From Planctomycetota bacterium (lineage in GTDB: Bacteria; Planctomycetota; Phycisphaerae; UBA1845; UTPLA1), in the NCBI GenBank assembly GCA_016712275.1, contig JADJRI010000009.1:113772-177771 (forward strand): a stretch of 64,000 nt of DNA. Reading direction: 5' to 3'. Positions within the stretch are counted from its first letter, which is position 1. Every line of letters starts with the position of its first letter. Position numbers and translations under genes: made by a program. Positions 1 through 10,278 of this stretch are shown here, piece after piece. Under the pieces are notes generated by a model. It ran no database searches. It saw only the letters and a program-made list of their open reading frames with translations, and was not told the origin of the DNA.

Positions 1-873
1 GTCGACGTCGGCGAGATTTCGGCCGCTGACGACGACGAGGAAATCCACGGGTTGATAGGCCTTCGCGTTCGCATCCCAGTCGACCGGCAAGTTCGCGGGT
101 ATCACGCGTTCTGCCACCGGCGCCGCCTGGATCTTTGGACTAGCGTCTTTGTCCTTCGGACCCAGGAACGCTGATATTGGGATCGCCTGGAAGTGGAAGG
201 CTTCGACCACGTGTGAGCGCAGCACGGCGATTCGATTCCGGATGTAGTCTTCGTAAGCGACGTCGGCGGGCGTGCTGATACGAGAGGTGCATTTCTTATT
301 GAAAAGACCGTCATCAGGATGTGAAGCCTCCACGTCATTGGCGGCTTCGCGCAGTTCATCCGCTACGCGGAGTCGCTGCACTTCCGTCAGGCGCGGGCGG
401 CTTTCGAAAATCGGGTCGTTCCTGGATTTCTTGATTGGTATCCACCGGGTCGTCTGGCGAAATTGAAGCTTGGGTTCGACGATGGTCAACTTTTTGGACG
501 CAGGGTCCTTCAGTATCTGGGGAAGCAGATCCGATCGATCGAGGCCAACAAAAACGAGTACTGGAAAACTCTGTCGCTGAAGAACCATTTGAGGACCTGT
601 GGCAGAATGTCTCTTGTCACGGGCGACGTTGACGACCCCTGCGAGACTGGGGCCGATCTGGTAGCCAAATACGCCACCTGAATTGCTGTACCCTGCTACC
701 GTGTTTAGTGCGGTTCGCGTCAGGACATCCTGCTGAAAGCGCTCGATATCCTGGAGCACGCCGCCGGCGTCCGCTCTTGCGCCAAATCCGGAAACTACTA
801 ATGCGATTTTCAGCGCCAGGGCGTCCTGCGCGCGGATTCCGCTTGCGAGATCCAGAGTCTGAACATCAGTCAT
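1..873 (-). CDS. Hypothetical protein, C-terminally truncated by the window edge. It is not in the ORF track because no stop codon lies in the window.
   Basis: Manual translation of the minus strand gives an uninterrupted frame from a TGA at 973-975 down to position 1, with the first ATG at 873-871 (MTDVQTLDLASGIRAQDALALKIALVVSGFGARADAGG...VDFLVVVSGRNLADVD). The composition looks protein-like and not Arg/Pro-rich antisense junk. Confidence 0.4.
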   Translation of the reverse strand, partial: MTDVQTLDLASGIRAQDALALKIALVVSGFGARADAGGVLQDIERFQQDVLTRTALNTVAGYSNSGGVFGYQIGPSLAGVVNVARDKRHSATGPQMVLQRQSFPVLVFVGLDRSDLLPQILKDPASKKLTIVEPKLQFRQTTRWIPIKKSRNDPIFESRPRLTEVQRLRVADELREAANDVEASHPDDGLFNKKCTSRISTPADVAYEDYIRNRIAVLRSHVVEAFHFQAIPISAFLGPKDKDASPKIQAAPVAERVIPANLPVDWDANAKAYQPVDFLVVVSGRNLADVD

Positions 874-1111
874 CGGAGATACAGCTGCAACCAGCGGCGC
901 CGGTGGAACCTCGGACAGGAACTCAATTCTCCTGTCGGCGAGAGGGTCAAAATGGATCTTGACTGGCCTGCTTCATAAGAGAGTGGCTCGAGATCATTTG
1001 ACTTGAATTCGCTCGCGGAAATCGCGGATACATCTCTACTTCTTCGGCTTGCCTGCGCTTTGGCGTCGGGCGTCCCGTCGTCCTCCGCAGGTGCACTCGA
1101 AGCAGGCCTAC

Positions 1112-1609
1112 TCACGCAGTCAGATACGTCGACTCCAATTGACTTATCCAATCCTGCTCGGCTTTGTTTCCGTGATTCTTGAAGGCGTCCAGAAGTTCGT
1201 ATCGGATTGGCTGGTAGGTATAAGACACGGAGACGGAGACGTCTGCCATATAACCACTCGCCGTCTCTGTCCCGGGGGTGACTGACACCATCGAGACACC
1301 CACAAGAACAATCTTGTCTTTGAACTTTGTGGCCAATTCAGGCTTTCCAAGAAAGTTAAATATGTTCTGGATCGCCTTTACGCTGTTGGCGGTGTTCACG
1401 GCCGAACTGTCGCCGACGGTGGGCGCCGTTGATGGCTTGGAGATGCCGAGCAGCCCGAGGAAATCGTCGAACTGGCGCTTGCCAAGGACCTCTTTGACTT
1501 TTTCGGTGTCGGGAATGGTCGATTCGTCGAACTCGGGCGGTGCGTTTTTGAATTCAGGCGGTGCAGGGCGACTGGCGGGTCCGGACAATCCTGTGCCGGC
1601 CGCGCCCAT
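1112..1609 (-). CDS. Hypothetical protein
   Basis: A 165-aa ORF with a balanced, non-repetitive composition. It sits directly downstream of the lipoprotein ORF on the same strand and in the same phase, but is separated from it by two stop codons. Confidence 0.35.
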   Translation of the reverse strand: MGAAGTGLSGPASRPAPPEFKNAPPEFDESTIPDTEKVKEVLGKRQFDDFLGLLGISKPSTAPTVGDSSAVNTANSVKAIQNIFNFLGKPELATKFKDKIVLVGVSMVSVTPGTETASGYMADVSVSVSYTYQPIRYELLDAFKNHGNKAEQDWISQLESTYLTA

Positions 1610-1657
1610 CGCGGCAATGAGTGAGCCGCAGACGTTTCATTCCTTCGTCGGCGGGGC

Positions 1658-2179
1658 TCAATGTCCCGGGTTGGGTGGTGGCGGCGGCTTCGGCGATCGC
1701 GGCTGGATTGAGCGCAAGCCGGGATCCACAAGCGGCAAGAGCAGACCCAGCAATTGGCCTGCGTCTCCGAACATGGTCTTGCGATTGTATGCATCGAGGT
1801 CGGCCTTGTACCCATCGTAGAGCATTCGGTTGGTCAGAAAGTCCTGCAGATTTGCGCGGACCTTCAAGCCCGCATTGATTTCCCGCGCATGTTCCACGAA
1901 CGCTGAGACGGCGCCCTGGACTTCCGTCTTCGCGTTCTTGTAATAGTCATCTGCAGATTTATTCAAGCCAAACGAAAAGTCGCCGCGCTCCACCAGTGAT
2001 GAGTCTGCAAAGAGCGGACTGGAAACGGAAACGCTGCCGTAGTCGTCCAGGATCTTTCCAGCTGTTTCGAGATATCCGCCAATTCGATCGCGTTGAGAGC
2101 AGCCCAGGAAGAGCGTGAGCGTCAGAAGAACTCCGATGCGTCCTGACCTTGATCTTGAAGACCTGCGAGCGCGATTCAT
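1658..2179 (-). CDS. Putative lipoprotein
   Basis: The N-terminus carries a signal peptide with a lipobox (LTLTLFLGCSQ). The C-terminus has a Pro-rich tail. Confidence 0.45.
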   Translation of the reverse strand: MNRARRSSRSRSGRIGVLLTLTLFLGCSQRDRIGGYLETAGKILDDYGSVSVSSPLFADSSLVERGDFSFGLNKSADDYYKNAKTEVQGAVSAFVEHAREINAGLKVRANLQDFLTNRMLYDGYKADLDAYNRKTMFGDAGQLLGLLLPLVDPGLRSIQPRSPKPPPPPNPGH

Positions 2180-2734
2180 GGCGAATTCTCCGGTGACTGC
2201 CTTATCGGTTGACCTGTCTTTTCAATCGATGGACGTGCAAGTTCCCAATGCTCGAACACCGGCGAAGGCCGGATATTGCGCAAACCCTCACCTGTAGCGA
2301 GGGTATTGCAGGGAAAAGGGCTGCGGGCCATTGACAGGCTTGCGCCCGGAACAACGATCGCCCGCATCAGGATTTTTTGGAACTTGAATAACTACCGCGA
2401 ACGCAATCAATCTATTCGGATAAGGCGCGAATGTCAATAGCAGGGCACTACGCTGAACTATGATCGCTGCTCAAAAAGGCTTCATGCGTCCGGATCCCCG
2501 CGTGGCACATCCGGCGTGAACCCTCGATAGAATTGCCGTCAACAGTCGGTGCGCCTGCTCACGAGGGGGTAGTTTTTCTTGCCGGCGGAGGGTTGAGTGT
2601 CTTGTCGACTTTACGGAATTCGTCTGTATCCTATTGACTCTGAGAAACTAATGACGTTTCGGCTCCTGATCGGAGTGAAACCGTTGGATGATAAATGCCC
2701 CGGATGAATTCCGGGATTTGACGCGGGAGTTTTT

Positions 2735-4237
2735 ATGATCGCCACCATCAAGGACTTACACGCACACGTCGGCCAGACTGTCACCCTCCAGGGCTGGATT
2801 TACAACAGCCGTGACTCGGGAAAGATCGCCTTTCTCGTGGTTCGCGACGGCACGGGACTCTGCCAGTGTGTCGTCGCCAAGTCGCCTGAGACCGAGGCGT
2901 TTTTCGAGCAGGCCCGCAAGCTCACGCAGGAGGCGGCGGTCCGGGTGACGGGGCTGGTCAAGGCCAACGAGAAGCAGATCGGCGGCCACGAGCTGGAGGT
3001 CACCGGGCTGGAGTTGGTGGGGGAGTCGGTCGATTTTCCGATCACACCCAAGCCGCACGGCATCGAGTTCCTGTTCAAGAACCGCCACCTGCATTTCCGA
3101 TCGCGGCGGCAATGGCACATCCTCCGCGTTCGGCATGCCGTGATCGATGAGATTCGTTCATACTTCAATCGGAATGGCTTCACACTCATCGACACGCCCA
3201 TCTTCGCGCCGGCCGCCGGCGAAGGAGCGCAGACGCTCTTTCAGGTCGATTACTTCGGCGAGCCGGTCTACATGGCGCAGACGGGGCAGCTTTACGTTGA
3301 GGCCGCCTGCATGGCGTTCGGCAAGGTCTACTGCTTTGGGCCGACGTTCCGCGCGGAGAAGAGCAAAACGCGCCGACACCTGACCGAGTTCTGGATGGTC
3401 GAGCCGGAGATCGCCTACGCCGAGCTGGATGATGTCATCACGCTGGCAGAGGACTTCATTTGCGCCATCGTCGCCCGCGTGCTGCGCGATCATCGGGATG
3501 ATCTGGCGTTCCTGGGTCGCGATGTGACGTCGCTCGAGAAGATCACCAAGCCGTTCAACCGGCTGAAACACAAGGATGCGGCCGACATTCTGCGCGGTGA
3601 TCGGGCGCAGGAGCTTCTGCAAAACGATCTGAAAACGAAGTCCGCCCGCATCGAAGAGATCAAGAAGTTGATGGGCGAGAAGGAAGCGCGGTCGACGGCC
3701 CAGGGCGTCAAACAATGGGAGAAGGACAAGATCGTCGCGGAACTGGCCGAATTGAAGGATGAACTCGGCGATCTTGAAGTCGAGGTGCAGAACATCCCGC
3801 ATCACATGGAGCTGGCGAAGAACTTCGATCCGGGCGGCGACCTGGGCGGCAGCGATGAGACGATCATCAGCCGGCTCTCCGACAAGCCGACCTTCGTGAC
3901 GCACTATCCCAAGGCGTGCAAGGCGTTCTACATGAAAGAGAATGCCGACGATGCGTCACGCGTGAACAACGTTGACCTGCTCGCCCCGGAGGGCTTTGGG
4001 GAGATCATCGGCGGCAGCCAGCGCGAAGACCGGTACGACCGCCTGCTGGAGCGCGTGCATGAGGAAGGCCTGAACCCGGCGGACTACGCGTGGTATCTCG
4101 ATCTCCGCAAGTTCGGGAGCGTTCCCCACGGCGGCTTCGGCCTCGGCGTGGAGCGAACGGTGGCGTGGCTCTGCGGCCTCAAGCACATTCGCGAGACGAT
4201 TCCGTTCCCGCGGATGATGGGAAGGTTTTATCCGTAA
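2735..4237 (+). CDS. asnS: Asparagine--tRNA ligase (class II aaRS)
   Basis: A 500-aa ORF with an N-terminal OB-fold anticodon-binding region and class II motifs (FRAEKSKTRRHLTEFWMVEPEIAY, GGSQREDRYD, GFGLGVERTVAWL). It carries a charged, coiled-coil-like insertion (KDAADILRGDRAQELLQNDLKTKSARIEEIKKLMGEKEARSTAQGVKQWEKDKIVAELAELKDELGDLEVEVQ) not seen in E. coli AsnRS. Confidence 0.85.
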   Translation: MIATIKDLHAHVGQTVTLQGWIYNSRDSGKIAFLVVRDGTGLCQCVVAKSPETEAFFEQARKLTQEAAVRVTGLVKANEKQIGGHELEVTGLELVGESVDFPITPKPHGIEFLFKNRHLHFRSRRQWHILRVRHAVIDEIRSYFNRNGFTLIDTPIFAPAAGEGAQTLFQVDYFGEPVYMAQTGQLYVEAACMAFGKVYCFGPTFRAEKSKTRRHLTEFWMVEPEIAYAELDDVITLAEDFICAIVARVLRDHRDDLAFLGRDVTSLEKITKPFNRLKHKDAADILRGDRAQELLQNDLKTKSARIEEIKKLMGEKEARSTAQGVKQWEKDKIVAELAELKDELGDLEVEVQNIPHHMELAKNFDPGGDLGGSDETIISRLSDKPTFVTHYPKACKAFYMKENADDASRVNNVDLLAPEGFGEIIGGSQREDRYDRLLERVHEEGLNPADYAWYLDLRKFGSVPHGGFGLGVERTVAWLCGLKHIRETIPFPRMMGRFYP

Positions 4238-4758
4238 TGGAAATCGCGCGGATTGGTGCAGAAGCACCATGGTCGCGACCGATCCTATTGTGGGTGAGTG
4301 TCATGGATACGCCACCACGGCTCAGCTGCGCGGAATTGGCTGACTATCTGGCGGCTTGTCCCTCCGAAGTGTGTGATTTAGTCATCGCGGTGCGCGGCGT
4401 CGTGCTGAAAGCCGCTCCGGTCGCCGCGGAGGCGATCAAGTTTCATTCTCTCTGCTACTTCAAGGCCGGCAGCCCTTACGGCGCGATTGGCGGAAACATC
4501 TGCACGATCGATGGTCGTTCCGGCGTTGTGATGCTCGGCTTTATTCAGGGAGCGACGCTGCCCGACCCGAAGAAGTTGCTCAAAGGTGATCGCAAAGCGG
4601 CGCGGCACGTCGAGATTCGATCGGCCAGGCAGGCGCGCGACAAAGCAATACGGGCGCTCATCCGTGCGTCGGTCGCGCAGTGTCCAACGCCGCAGGCAGA
4701 GAAGGCATCGCGTGAGCCGTCGCGGAAGTCGATTCGCAAGTCGTCGCGCAAGCCCTGA
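4237..4758 (+). CDS. DUF1801/YdhG-like domain protein
   Basis: An ATG overlaps the asnS stop (TAATG at 4235-4239) and is in frame with the listed 4090 ORF. The sequence LSCAELADYLAACPSEVCDLVIAVRGVVLKAAPVAAEAIKFHSLCYF is typical of the DUF1801 family. The C-terminus is a basic tail. Confidence 0.5.
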   Translation: MEIARIGAEAPWSRPILLWVSVMDTPPRLSCAELADYLAACPSEVCDLVIAVRGVVLKAAPVAAEAIKFHSLCYFKAGSPYGAIGGNICTIDGRSGVVMLGFIQGATLPDPKKLLKGDRKAARHVEIRSARQARDKAIRALIRASVAQCPTPQAEKASREPSRKSIRKSSRKP

Positions 4759-5019
4759 ATCCGAAAGCAGCGTCGCTCTGGCCCGTTGGCAGGCGTCAGG
4801 CCCACTTCCTTAGCTATGCTCTGGGTCGAAATTGGATGGGGCGATAACGCCGCCAAATCTTCGCGGCCTGTACCGCGTGCCGCTCTGAAGGCGTCATTCG
4901 GTTCCCCCAATTTCTCCCCAAGCTGGGAAAGTTTCCCCCTTCGCGGGCTGCATGCTCATAATTACTGCCGCCTTCGTTAAGTTCCGAACTGGCATCGTCC
5001 CTGCATCGATGCCTCGCCG

Positions 5020-6579
5020 ATGACAGGAGGCCAGGCAACGAGATGGGGGAATCGGCGTATGGGACTTCGAGAGTGCTATCTGACGGGGGTCTTTTTCATC
5101 GGCACCATCAGCGGCGGGGCGCTGACCGGGTGCAACTTGCTCGGTACATGTGTTCCCGACGGCAACACCAACACGAACTCCAACGTCAACGACAATGTGA
5201 ACGGCAATTCGGCCATTGACTTGCCGGCGTTCCCGGGCGCCGAGGGATTTGGCGCGGTCGCGACGGGCGGACGCGGAGGTCGCGTGATTTATGTCACGAA
5301 TCTCAACGCCGATGGTCCGGGGTCGTTTCAGGCGGCCCTCGATGAGGTGGGGCCTCGTTACATTCTCTTCAAGGTCAGCGGGTTGATCGACGGCGAAGCG
5401 CACTTGACGCGCGGTGATGTGACGATTGCGGGGCAGACGTCGCCGGGCGGCGTGATCGTTCGCGGCTTTCACACGACTGAAGAGCCGTACTGCGACACAC
5501 CCTGCGAGCCGCAGCAGTTCGCGGAGAACTGGATTCTACGCCACCTTCGTACGCGACCGGGCGACGACGGAATGGACGACGGCCTTCGAATACTCCACAC
5601 GCGACGCGCTATCGTCGATCACTGCTCGATTGCAAATGCCACCGACGAGGCGGTTCAGCTTTCCTACAGCAATGACATCACGATTCAGAACTGCCTGCTT
5701 GCGGAGACGCTCGGCGATCACTCGCAGTACGGCGGCATGCTGCTGAACTATTCGGACCCGCCGCACGGCTTCGAATTGACTCACCTCTCGATTCATCACA
5801 ATTGCTGGAATCGCCTCGAAGGCCGCCTGCCGGAGTTGTCGCGCGAGAACGACGTGGCGGCGAACACGACGATGCGTCTCGAACTGTCGAACAACCTGAT
5901 GTTCGACGCCGGCTACTTCATCGACATCGGCACGAACACCGGCGTCGCGGGCGGCCTGCCGTTGCACTACGCCATGAACTTCGTCGGTAACTATTACTTC
6001 GTCCGCGCCGATTTTCCTTATGGCATGGCATCGTTTTCAACCGGCGCGCCGACGGCCGAAACGAGCATCTTCATGAACGGCAATCGCATGAATCTCTACA
6101 CGGATCGGGCGGATGCCGCACTGGTGTACTGCTGCAACGACTACCCGTCACAGACGCCGTCAACCGAAACGCCGTCATGGTCGCGGACGGCGCGACATGA
6201 TTTTCCCGAGGTTACCTACGTCGAGAGTACGACGCTTCGTCAGCACATGGTCGATCACGTCGGCGCGTTTCCGAGGGACCCCATGGACCGCCGTCTGATG
6301 GCGCCGGTGGAGAGCGGCTCAATCACCCTTTCCGCACGCAACGCCAATCCGGCCGGCGATGCGTTCTCGCTTGATTTCTCGTCAGCCAGTCCACCGGCCG
6401 CGCCGACTGATTCGGACGATGACGGCATGCCGGACGCGTGGGAGACCGCGCATGGCCTCAACCCCTCTGTGCAGGACCACAATGGAACCGGGCTTTCGGT
6501 TGGACTGACGGGCGTGGCAGGGTACACCAATCTGGAATGCTATTTGAACGAGCTGGCGGACTCGCTCGAAGGAACCTGA
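5020..6579 (+). CDS. Pectate lyase (polysaccharide lyase family 1), secreted or lipoprotein
   Basis: The PL1 hallmark motif is present (PGAEGFGAVATGGRGGRVIYVTNLNADGPGSFQAAL), together with parallel beta-helix repeats. The N-terminus has a signal region with a Cys (GGALTGCNLLGTC). The true start may be the internal Met at 5059. Confidence 0.8.
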   Translation: MTGGQATRWGNRRMGLRECYLTGVFFIGTISGGALTGCNLLGTCVPDGNTNTNSNVNDNVNGNSAIDLPAFPGAEGFGAVATGGRGGRVIYVTNLNADGPGSFQAALDEVGPRYILFKVSGLIDGEAHLTRGDVTIAGQTSPGGVIVRGFHTTEEPYCDTPCEPQQFAENWILRHLRTRPGDDGMDDGLRILHTRRAIVDHCSIANATDEAVQLSYSNDITIQNCLLAETLGDHSQYGGMLLNYSDPPHGFELTHLSIHHNCWNRLEGRLPELSRENDVAANTTMRLELSNNLMFDAGYFIDIGTNTGVAGGLPLHYAMNFVGNYYFVRADFPYGMASFSTGAPTAETSIFMNGNRMNLYTDRADAALVYCCNDYPSQTPSTETPSWSRTARHDFPEVTYVESTTLRQHMVDHVGAFPRDPMDRRLMAPVESGSITLSARNANPAGDAFSLDFSSASPPAAPTDSDDDGMPDAWETAHGLNPSVQDHNGTGLSVGLTGVAGYTNLECYLNELADSLEGT

Positions 6580-6629
6580 GCCGGCCGGACCGGATTTCTC
6601 GATCAGGTTTCAAAAGTCCGGGATTCTCA

Positions 6630-6672
6630 GCACGCCGTGGCGAACGCAAGTCGCCGCGGCGTGCTTTTTTTG
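6630..6672 (+). terminator. Rho-independent terminator after the pectate lyase gene
   Basis: A nested GC hairpin (gcacgccg tggcgaacgcaagtcgcc cggcgtgc) is followed by TTTTTTT. Confidence 0.6.
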
Positions 6673-6798
6673 GGGCTTCTAACGGCTTCATGACGCCGAC
6701 GGCATTTCGAGGTTTACTCAGGATGGCTACAATACCCGGCCTTTGATTTTTCAGGTCGCGCGAATCGGCGGCCCCTGAGGAGTTGTTCTCTAACACTG

Positions 6799-8196
6799 AT
6801 GTTTCGCCACCGTGACAGCATTCCCAAGCCGGTCAGACACAGCCTGCGTTCCAGCGTGATTGATGGTTCCGCCTACAGCGTCATGGTGGGTCTCGGCGAG
6901 ACCTACCTTCCGGCCTTCGTGCTCGCGATCGGCCTCGGCGAGGTGATTGCCGGACTGGTGACGACGGTGCCAATGTTGATGGGCGCCGTGCTCCAGTTGA
7001 TTTCGCCGCGCGTGATCCGGCACACCGGTTCGCATCGTCGATGGGTGGTGCTCTGTGCGGCGGTTCAGGGCGTCGCGTTCATCCCGCTCGCCATCGCGGC
7101 ATGGAAGGGTTACATGCCGGCCTGGAGTGTGCTGGCCGTCGCGACCGTTTACTGGGGAACAGCGATGGCCGCCGGCCCGGCGTGGAACACGTGGATGGGC
7201 CATCTGGTGCCGATGCGGCTGCGCACGCGTTTCTTCACGAACCGTACGCGCTTCGCGCAGGGATTTGTGATGGTGGGGCTCGTCATCGGCGGCGTGACGC
7301 TTCACATCACCAAGCTCAACAGCGAGCCACTTCTCGGGTTTGTCTTCGTCTTTGCGATCGCGTGTCTGTCGCGATTGATTTCATCGTGGTATTTGATGCG
7401 GCAGGCCGAACCCTACTGTGAGGATTTCGTCGAACGCACCGTGACGGCGGGGGAAATGGCGGGTCGCTTTCAGGGCAGCGCCGGCGCACTCATGCTTTAC
7501 ATGGCCGGCGTGCAGGTGACCTCGCAACTGGCGGCGCCCTACTTCACGCCGTTCATGCTTCAGAAGCTGGAGTTCTCCTACCTGCTTTACGTCGGCATGC
7601 TGGCGACGTCGTTCTTTTCGAAATCTATGTCGATGATCATCCTCGGACGCGTTGCAGAGAAGTGGGGCGCAAATACGCTGCTCTGGATCGGCGGTCTGGG
7701 CATCGTGCCGCTCGCGGTCATGTGGGTGGTCAGCGGTTCGCCCTGGTATCTGCTTCCGACGCAGGTGCTGGCCGGCGCATGCTGGGGGGCGTATGAACTT
7801 GCGACGTTTCTACTGCTCTTCGAAACGATTCCCAACCATGAACGCACGAGCGTGCTGACGACGTTTAATCTGGTGAATTCGGCGGCGATTGTGACCGGTT
7901 CGATTGTCGGCGGTTTGATCCTGCGGAGCTTCGACAAGAGCGTGAGCGCTTACTGGATGATCTTCGCGCTGTCGACGGTCGGCCGCGCGCTGAGCCTGCT
8001 GCTTCTTCGACGGGTGCAGATTGACCGTTCCGCGCCGGTGCCGATGCTCATTCGCAACCTGACGGTTCGAGCCTCCGGCGGCTCGGTGGACCGGCCGATT
8101 CTGACGAGCATTGACGACGAGACCCGATCGTACTCGCGGCGTGATTTGTTCGCGGACTCTGCGACATCACTCGAGGCGGGGGAGAACGGCAACTGA
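6799..8196 (+). CDS. MFS-type transporter (polytopic membrane protein)
   Basis: A 465-aa ORF with about 12 hydrophobic spans and charged loops, which matches an MFS-like topology. Assigned from composition and topology only. Confidence 0.55.
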   Translation: MFRHRDSIPKPVRHSLRSSVIDGSAYSVMVGLGETYLPAFVLAIGLGEVIAGLVTTVPMLMGAVLQLISPRVIRHTGSHRRWVVLCAAVQGVAFIPLAIAAWKGYMPAWSVLAVATVYWGTAMAAGPAWNTWMGHLVPMRLRTRFFTNRTRFAQGFVMVGLVIGGVTLHITKLNSEPLLGFVFVFAIACLSRLISSWYLMRQAEPYCEDFVERTVTAGEMAGRFQGSAGALMLYMAGVQVTSQLAAPYFTPFMLQKLEFSYLLYVGMLATSFFSKSMSMIILGRVAEKWGANTLLWIGGLGIVPLAVMWVVSGSPWYLLPTQVLAGACWGAYELATFLLLFETIPNHERTSVLTTFNLVNSAAIVTGSIVGGLILRSFDKSVSAYWMIFALSTVGRALSLLLLRRVQIDRSAPVPMLIRNLTVRASGGSVDRPILTSIDDETRSYSRRDLFADSATSLEAGENGN

Positions 8197-8545
8197 CGTC
8201 CGAATATGAACGCAGAACCCCGTATTCGACTGTGTAATTCGGGTCGCATCGATTCCAGCGACGACGGTCGATAACCGAAGCAACTCCTGTTGGACCGTTC
8301 CATTGAATGGGGGGAACGGGCGGCGTAGAATGGCAGGAGATCGAAATGGCAGCTGGACGATATGTCATTTCGGGGGGCGCCGCGGCTTAGAGTCGCGGAT
8401 GTGACGCGGGCGTCCGGCGCCGCGACTGTCGCTTCGGCGTCATTGCGGGCATGCCCGTGACACCGGCCGGTCGGTCAATGCGAGGTTTCATCGCAGCGTC
8501 AGTCCTCCACCTGATGGAATGCGAGTTTTTTGCGAGGGTGAATTC

Positions 8546-8701
8546 ATGGACACCGAAGGCGGCATTTTGCGACCGTTGTTTGAGATCTTCTTCACGTTCC
8601 TTCCGACGGGGTATTTCCTCCAGATCCTCAATGTGATCGGCGACCTGATCACCGGGGGCCTGCACCTCATCGGAATTGATGTGAACGTGGTGGGATTCTA
8701 A
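8546..8701 (+). CDS. Small hydrophobic peptide (about 51 aa)
   Basis: Begins at the internal Met (MDTEGGILRPLFEIFFTFLPTGYFLQILNVIGDLITGGLHLIGIDVNVVGF). It lies immediately upstream of a second small ORF and a strong terminator. Confidence 0.3.
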   Translation: MDTEGGILRPLFEIFFTFLPTGYFLQILNVIGDLITGGLHLIGIDVNVVGF

Positions 8702-8789
8702 ACCGCGAAGAATGACGCGCGTCGCGATTGCCCGGCTGTGTGGCCGGCGTCCCGTCGTTGCGTTTCAAGACAGTCAATTTTACCGTGCG

Positions 8790-9005
8790 AGGGTGACTTT
8801 CATGTTTCGATCAAACGGCAATTTGAATAATGGCAAGGCGAAGGTCTTGTCTCTCTGCGTGCTGGCTTGCCTTCCGCTCATGACGGGCTGCATCGTGGAA
8901 CTCAGCGCGATCACGTTCGGCAGTGTGCTCTGGCTTGACCTCGCGCTCACGCCGATCCGCTCGATCCTTGGCGGACTTGCCCTGAACGCGGTCAACACGC
9001 TTTAA
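8790..9005 (+). CDS. Small putative lipoprotein or secreted peptide (about 71 aa)
   Basis: The sequence MFRSNGNLNNGKAKVLSLCVLACLPLMTGCIVE carries a lipobox-like LMTGC. The gene is followed by a bidirectional terminator. Confidence 0.3.
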   Translation, partial: RVTFMFRSNGNLNNGKAKVLSLCVLACLPLMTGCIVELSAITFGSVLWLDLALTPIRSILGGLALNAVNTL

Positions 9006-9102
9006 GCCAGTCGTCGCTGCGGCGTTGTCGCCGCGCACGGTGGTTGCCACGCATGACCAGCGACTTATCGGCCACCCTCGCGGCTGATAACCGCTACGAA
9101 CG

Positions 9103-9150
9103 AAAAAAGCGGGCGCATCAGAACGTACTGATGCGCCCGCGTTGTTTTTT
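9103..9150. terminator. Bidirectional intrinsic terminator
   Basis: An A-run (AAAAAAG) is followed by the hairpin gcgggcgcatcag-aacgta-ctgatgcgcccgc and then TTGTTTTTT. It sits between convergent genes. Confidence 0.65.
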
Positions 9151-9175
9151 GATCAACCGCTGATCCTGCCGTCGG

Positions 9176-10278
9176 CTATTCCTTGTCTGAACTGGGAATC
9201 CGAACAGCCATGATGACCGATTCGCCGGGTTCCCAGCCGTTGGGCGCGCTGCCCAGAACCACGAACTCATCGCGCGGCGTCGTCAGGGTGGTCTTGATGC
9301 TGAATCGCGGGCCGGGTTTGCCCTCCGAACTGGCGAGTCGAAGATCGGCGCCGAGATTCAGGGTGTAGTTTCCGAAAGGCGATCCCACCTGCATCCGTCC
9401 CTGGATTTCGATATCGGCCTGGTTGCCGATACCACCGGCGAGCTGGAACGTCTGGTCCTGTGTGACGACGCTCGACAGACGGGCGAGATACTCGACGTCG
9501 CCGAACCGCTGAAGCTCCGCCGCGAGCGGCACCAGGTCCTTCGGCGTTTCAAGGCTCTCGTGCTGGGGGGCCGTGCGTCTTTAAGCTGGCGGCGAAAGAA
9601 GATGAATTCGACGTCGCAGGTCACCAGCGGCAGATCGAGTCCGTTGATCAGCTTCTTCAGCTGGTCGATTTCCTCCCTGCTTCCGTCGAGCAGGATCATC
9701 GACCGCGCCGAGTCGGCCGAGAAATTCACGGTCTGACGGAAGTTGGTCTGGCTCAACTGGACCACAATGTCGCGCGGATCGCGGTTCTGGACGAGTACAA
9801 GCTCCACGTTGTGTTCGTCGGCGATGCCCTGCGAAGGGACGTCCAGTGCGGCGATGAACTCCGCCACCTTCGGCACCAGTTTCTCCGGACCCACGAAAAT
9901 AATCCGATTGTTTTGAACATCCGGCCGCGCGATCTCTCCCCACCGCTGGCTCAATATGTCGACGACGGTTACGACCGGCGTGTGTTTCACCGGGAAAATG
10001 CGAATCGTCGCATCATCCGCCATAGGCTGTGTCGCGACCGCCGTCCCGCGCGCCGCCATCGGCTGCGCGGAACGCTGCGCGGCGCCGTCCGATGCGCCCG
10101 GGGGCACGCGTCCACCGCCGGCCGGCTGCTCCGCACGGGGATCGCGCTGTCCCTGACGATCGTCGAGAAGTGCGAACTGCGCGATGGCGGGCAATTCAGG
10201 CGCCGTCGAGGGATCGCCCGTCGGAGCCGAGAACATCGGCGCCGCGAGCGTTGCGAGACTGAAGATCAGCAGTGACAT
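9176..10278 (-). CDS. Secretin N-domain-like periplasmic protein, reading frame broken by a -1/+1 frameshift near 9556-9562
   Basis: The 306-aa ORF has a signal peptide and two secretin_N-like modules (TIRIFPVKHTPVVTVVDILSQ...NNRIIFVGPEKLVPKVAEFIAALD, and NVELVLVQNRDP...ILLDGSREEIDQLKKLINGLD). After ...FFRRQLKDARPP the sequence continues in another frame (PQHESLETPKDLVPLAAELQRFGDVEYLARLSS...), which is the listed 9176..9532 ORF. The switch happens at a G6/C6 homopolymer. Confidence 0.55.

Noticed and set aside
1-6. GTCGAC (SalI site) exactly at position 1, considered as a cloning junction or vector boundary
   Set aside because: The window is an arbitrary slice, and a 6-mer at the edge is not evidence of a clone end. 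The flanking sequence is ordinary coding DNA.
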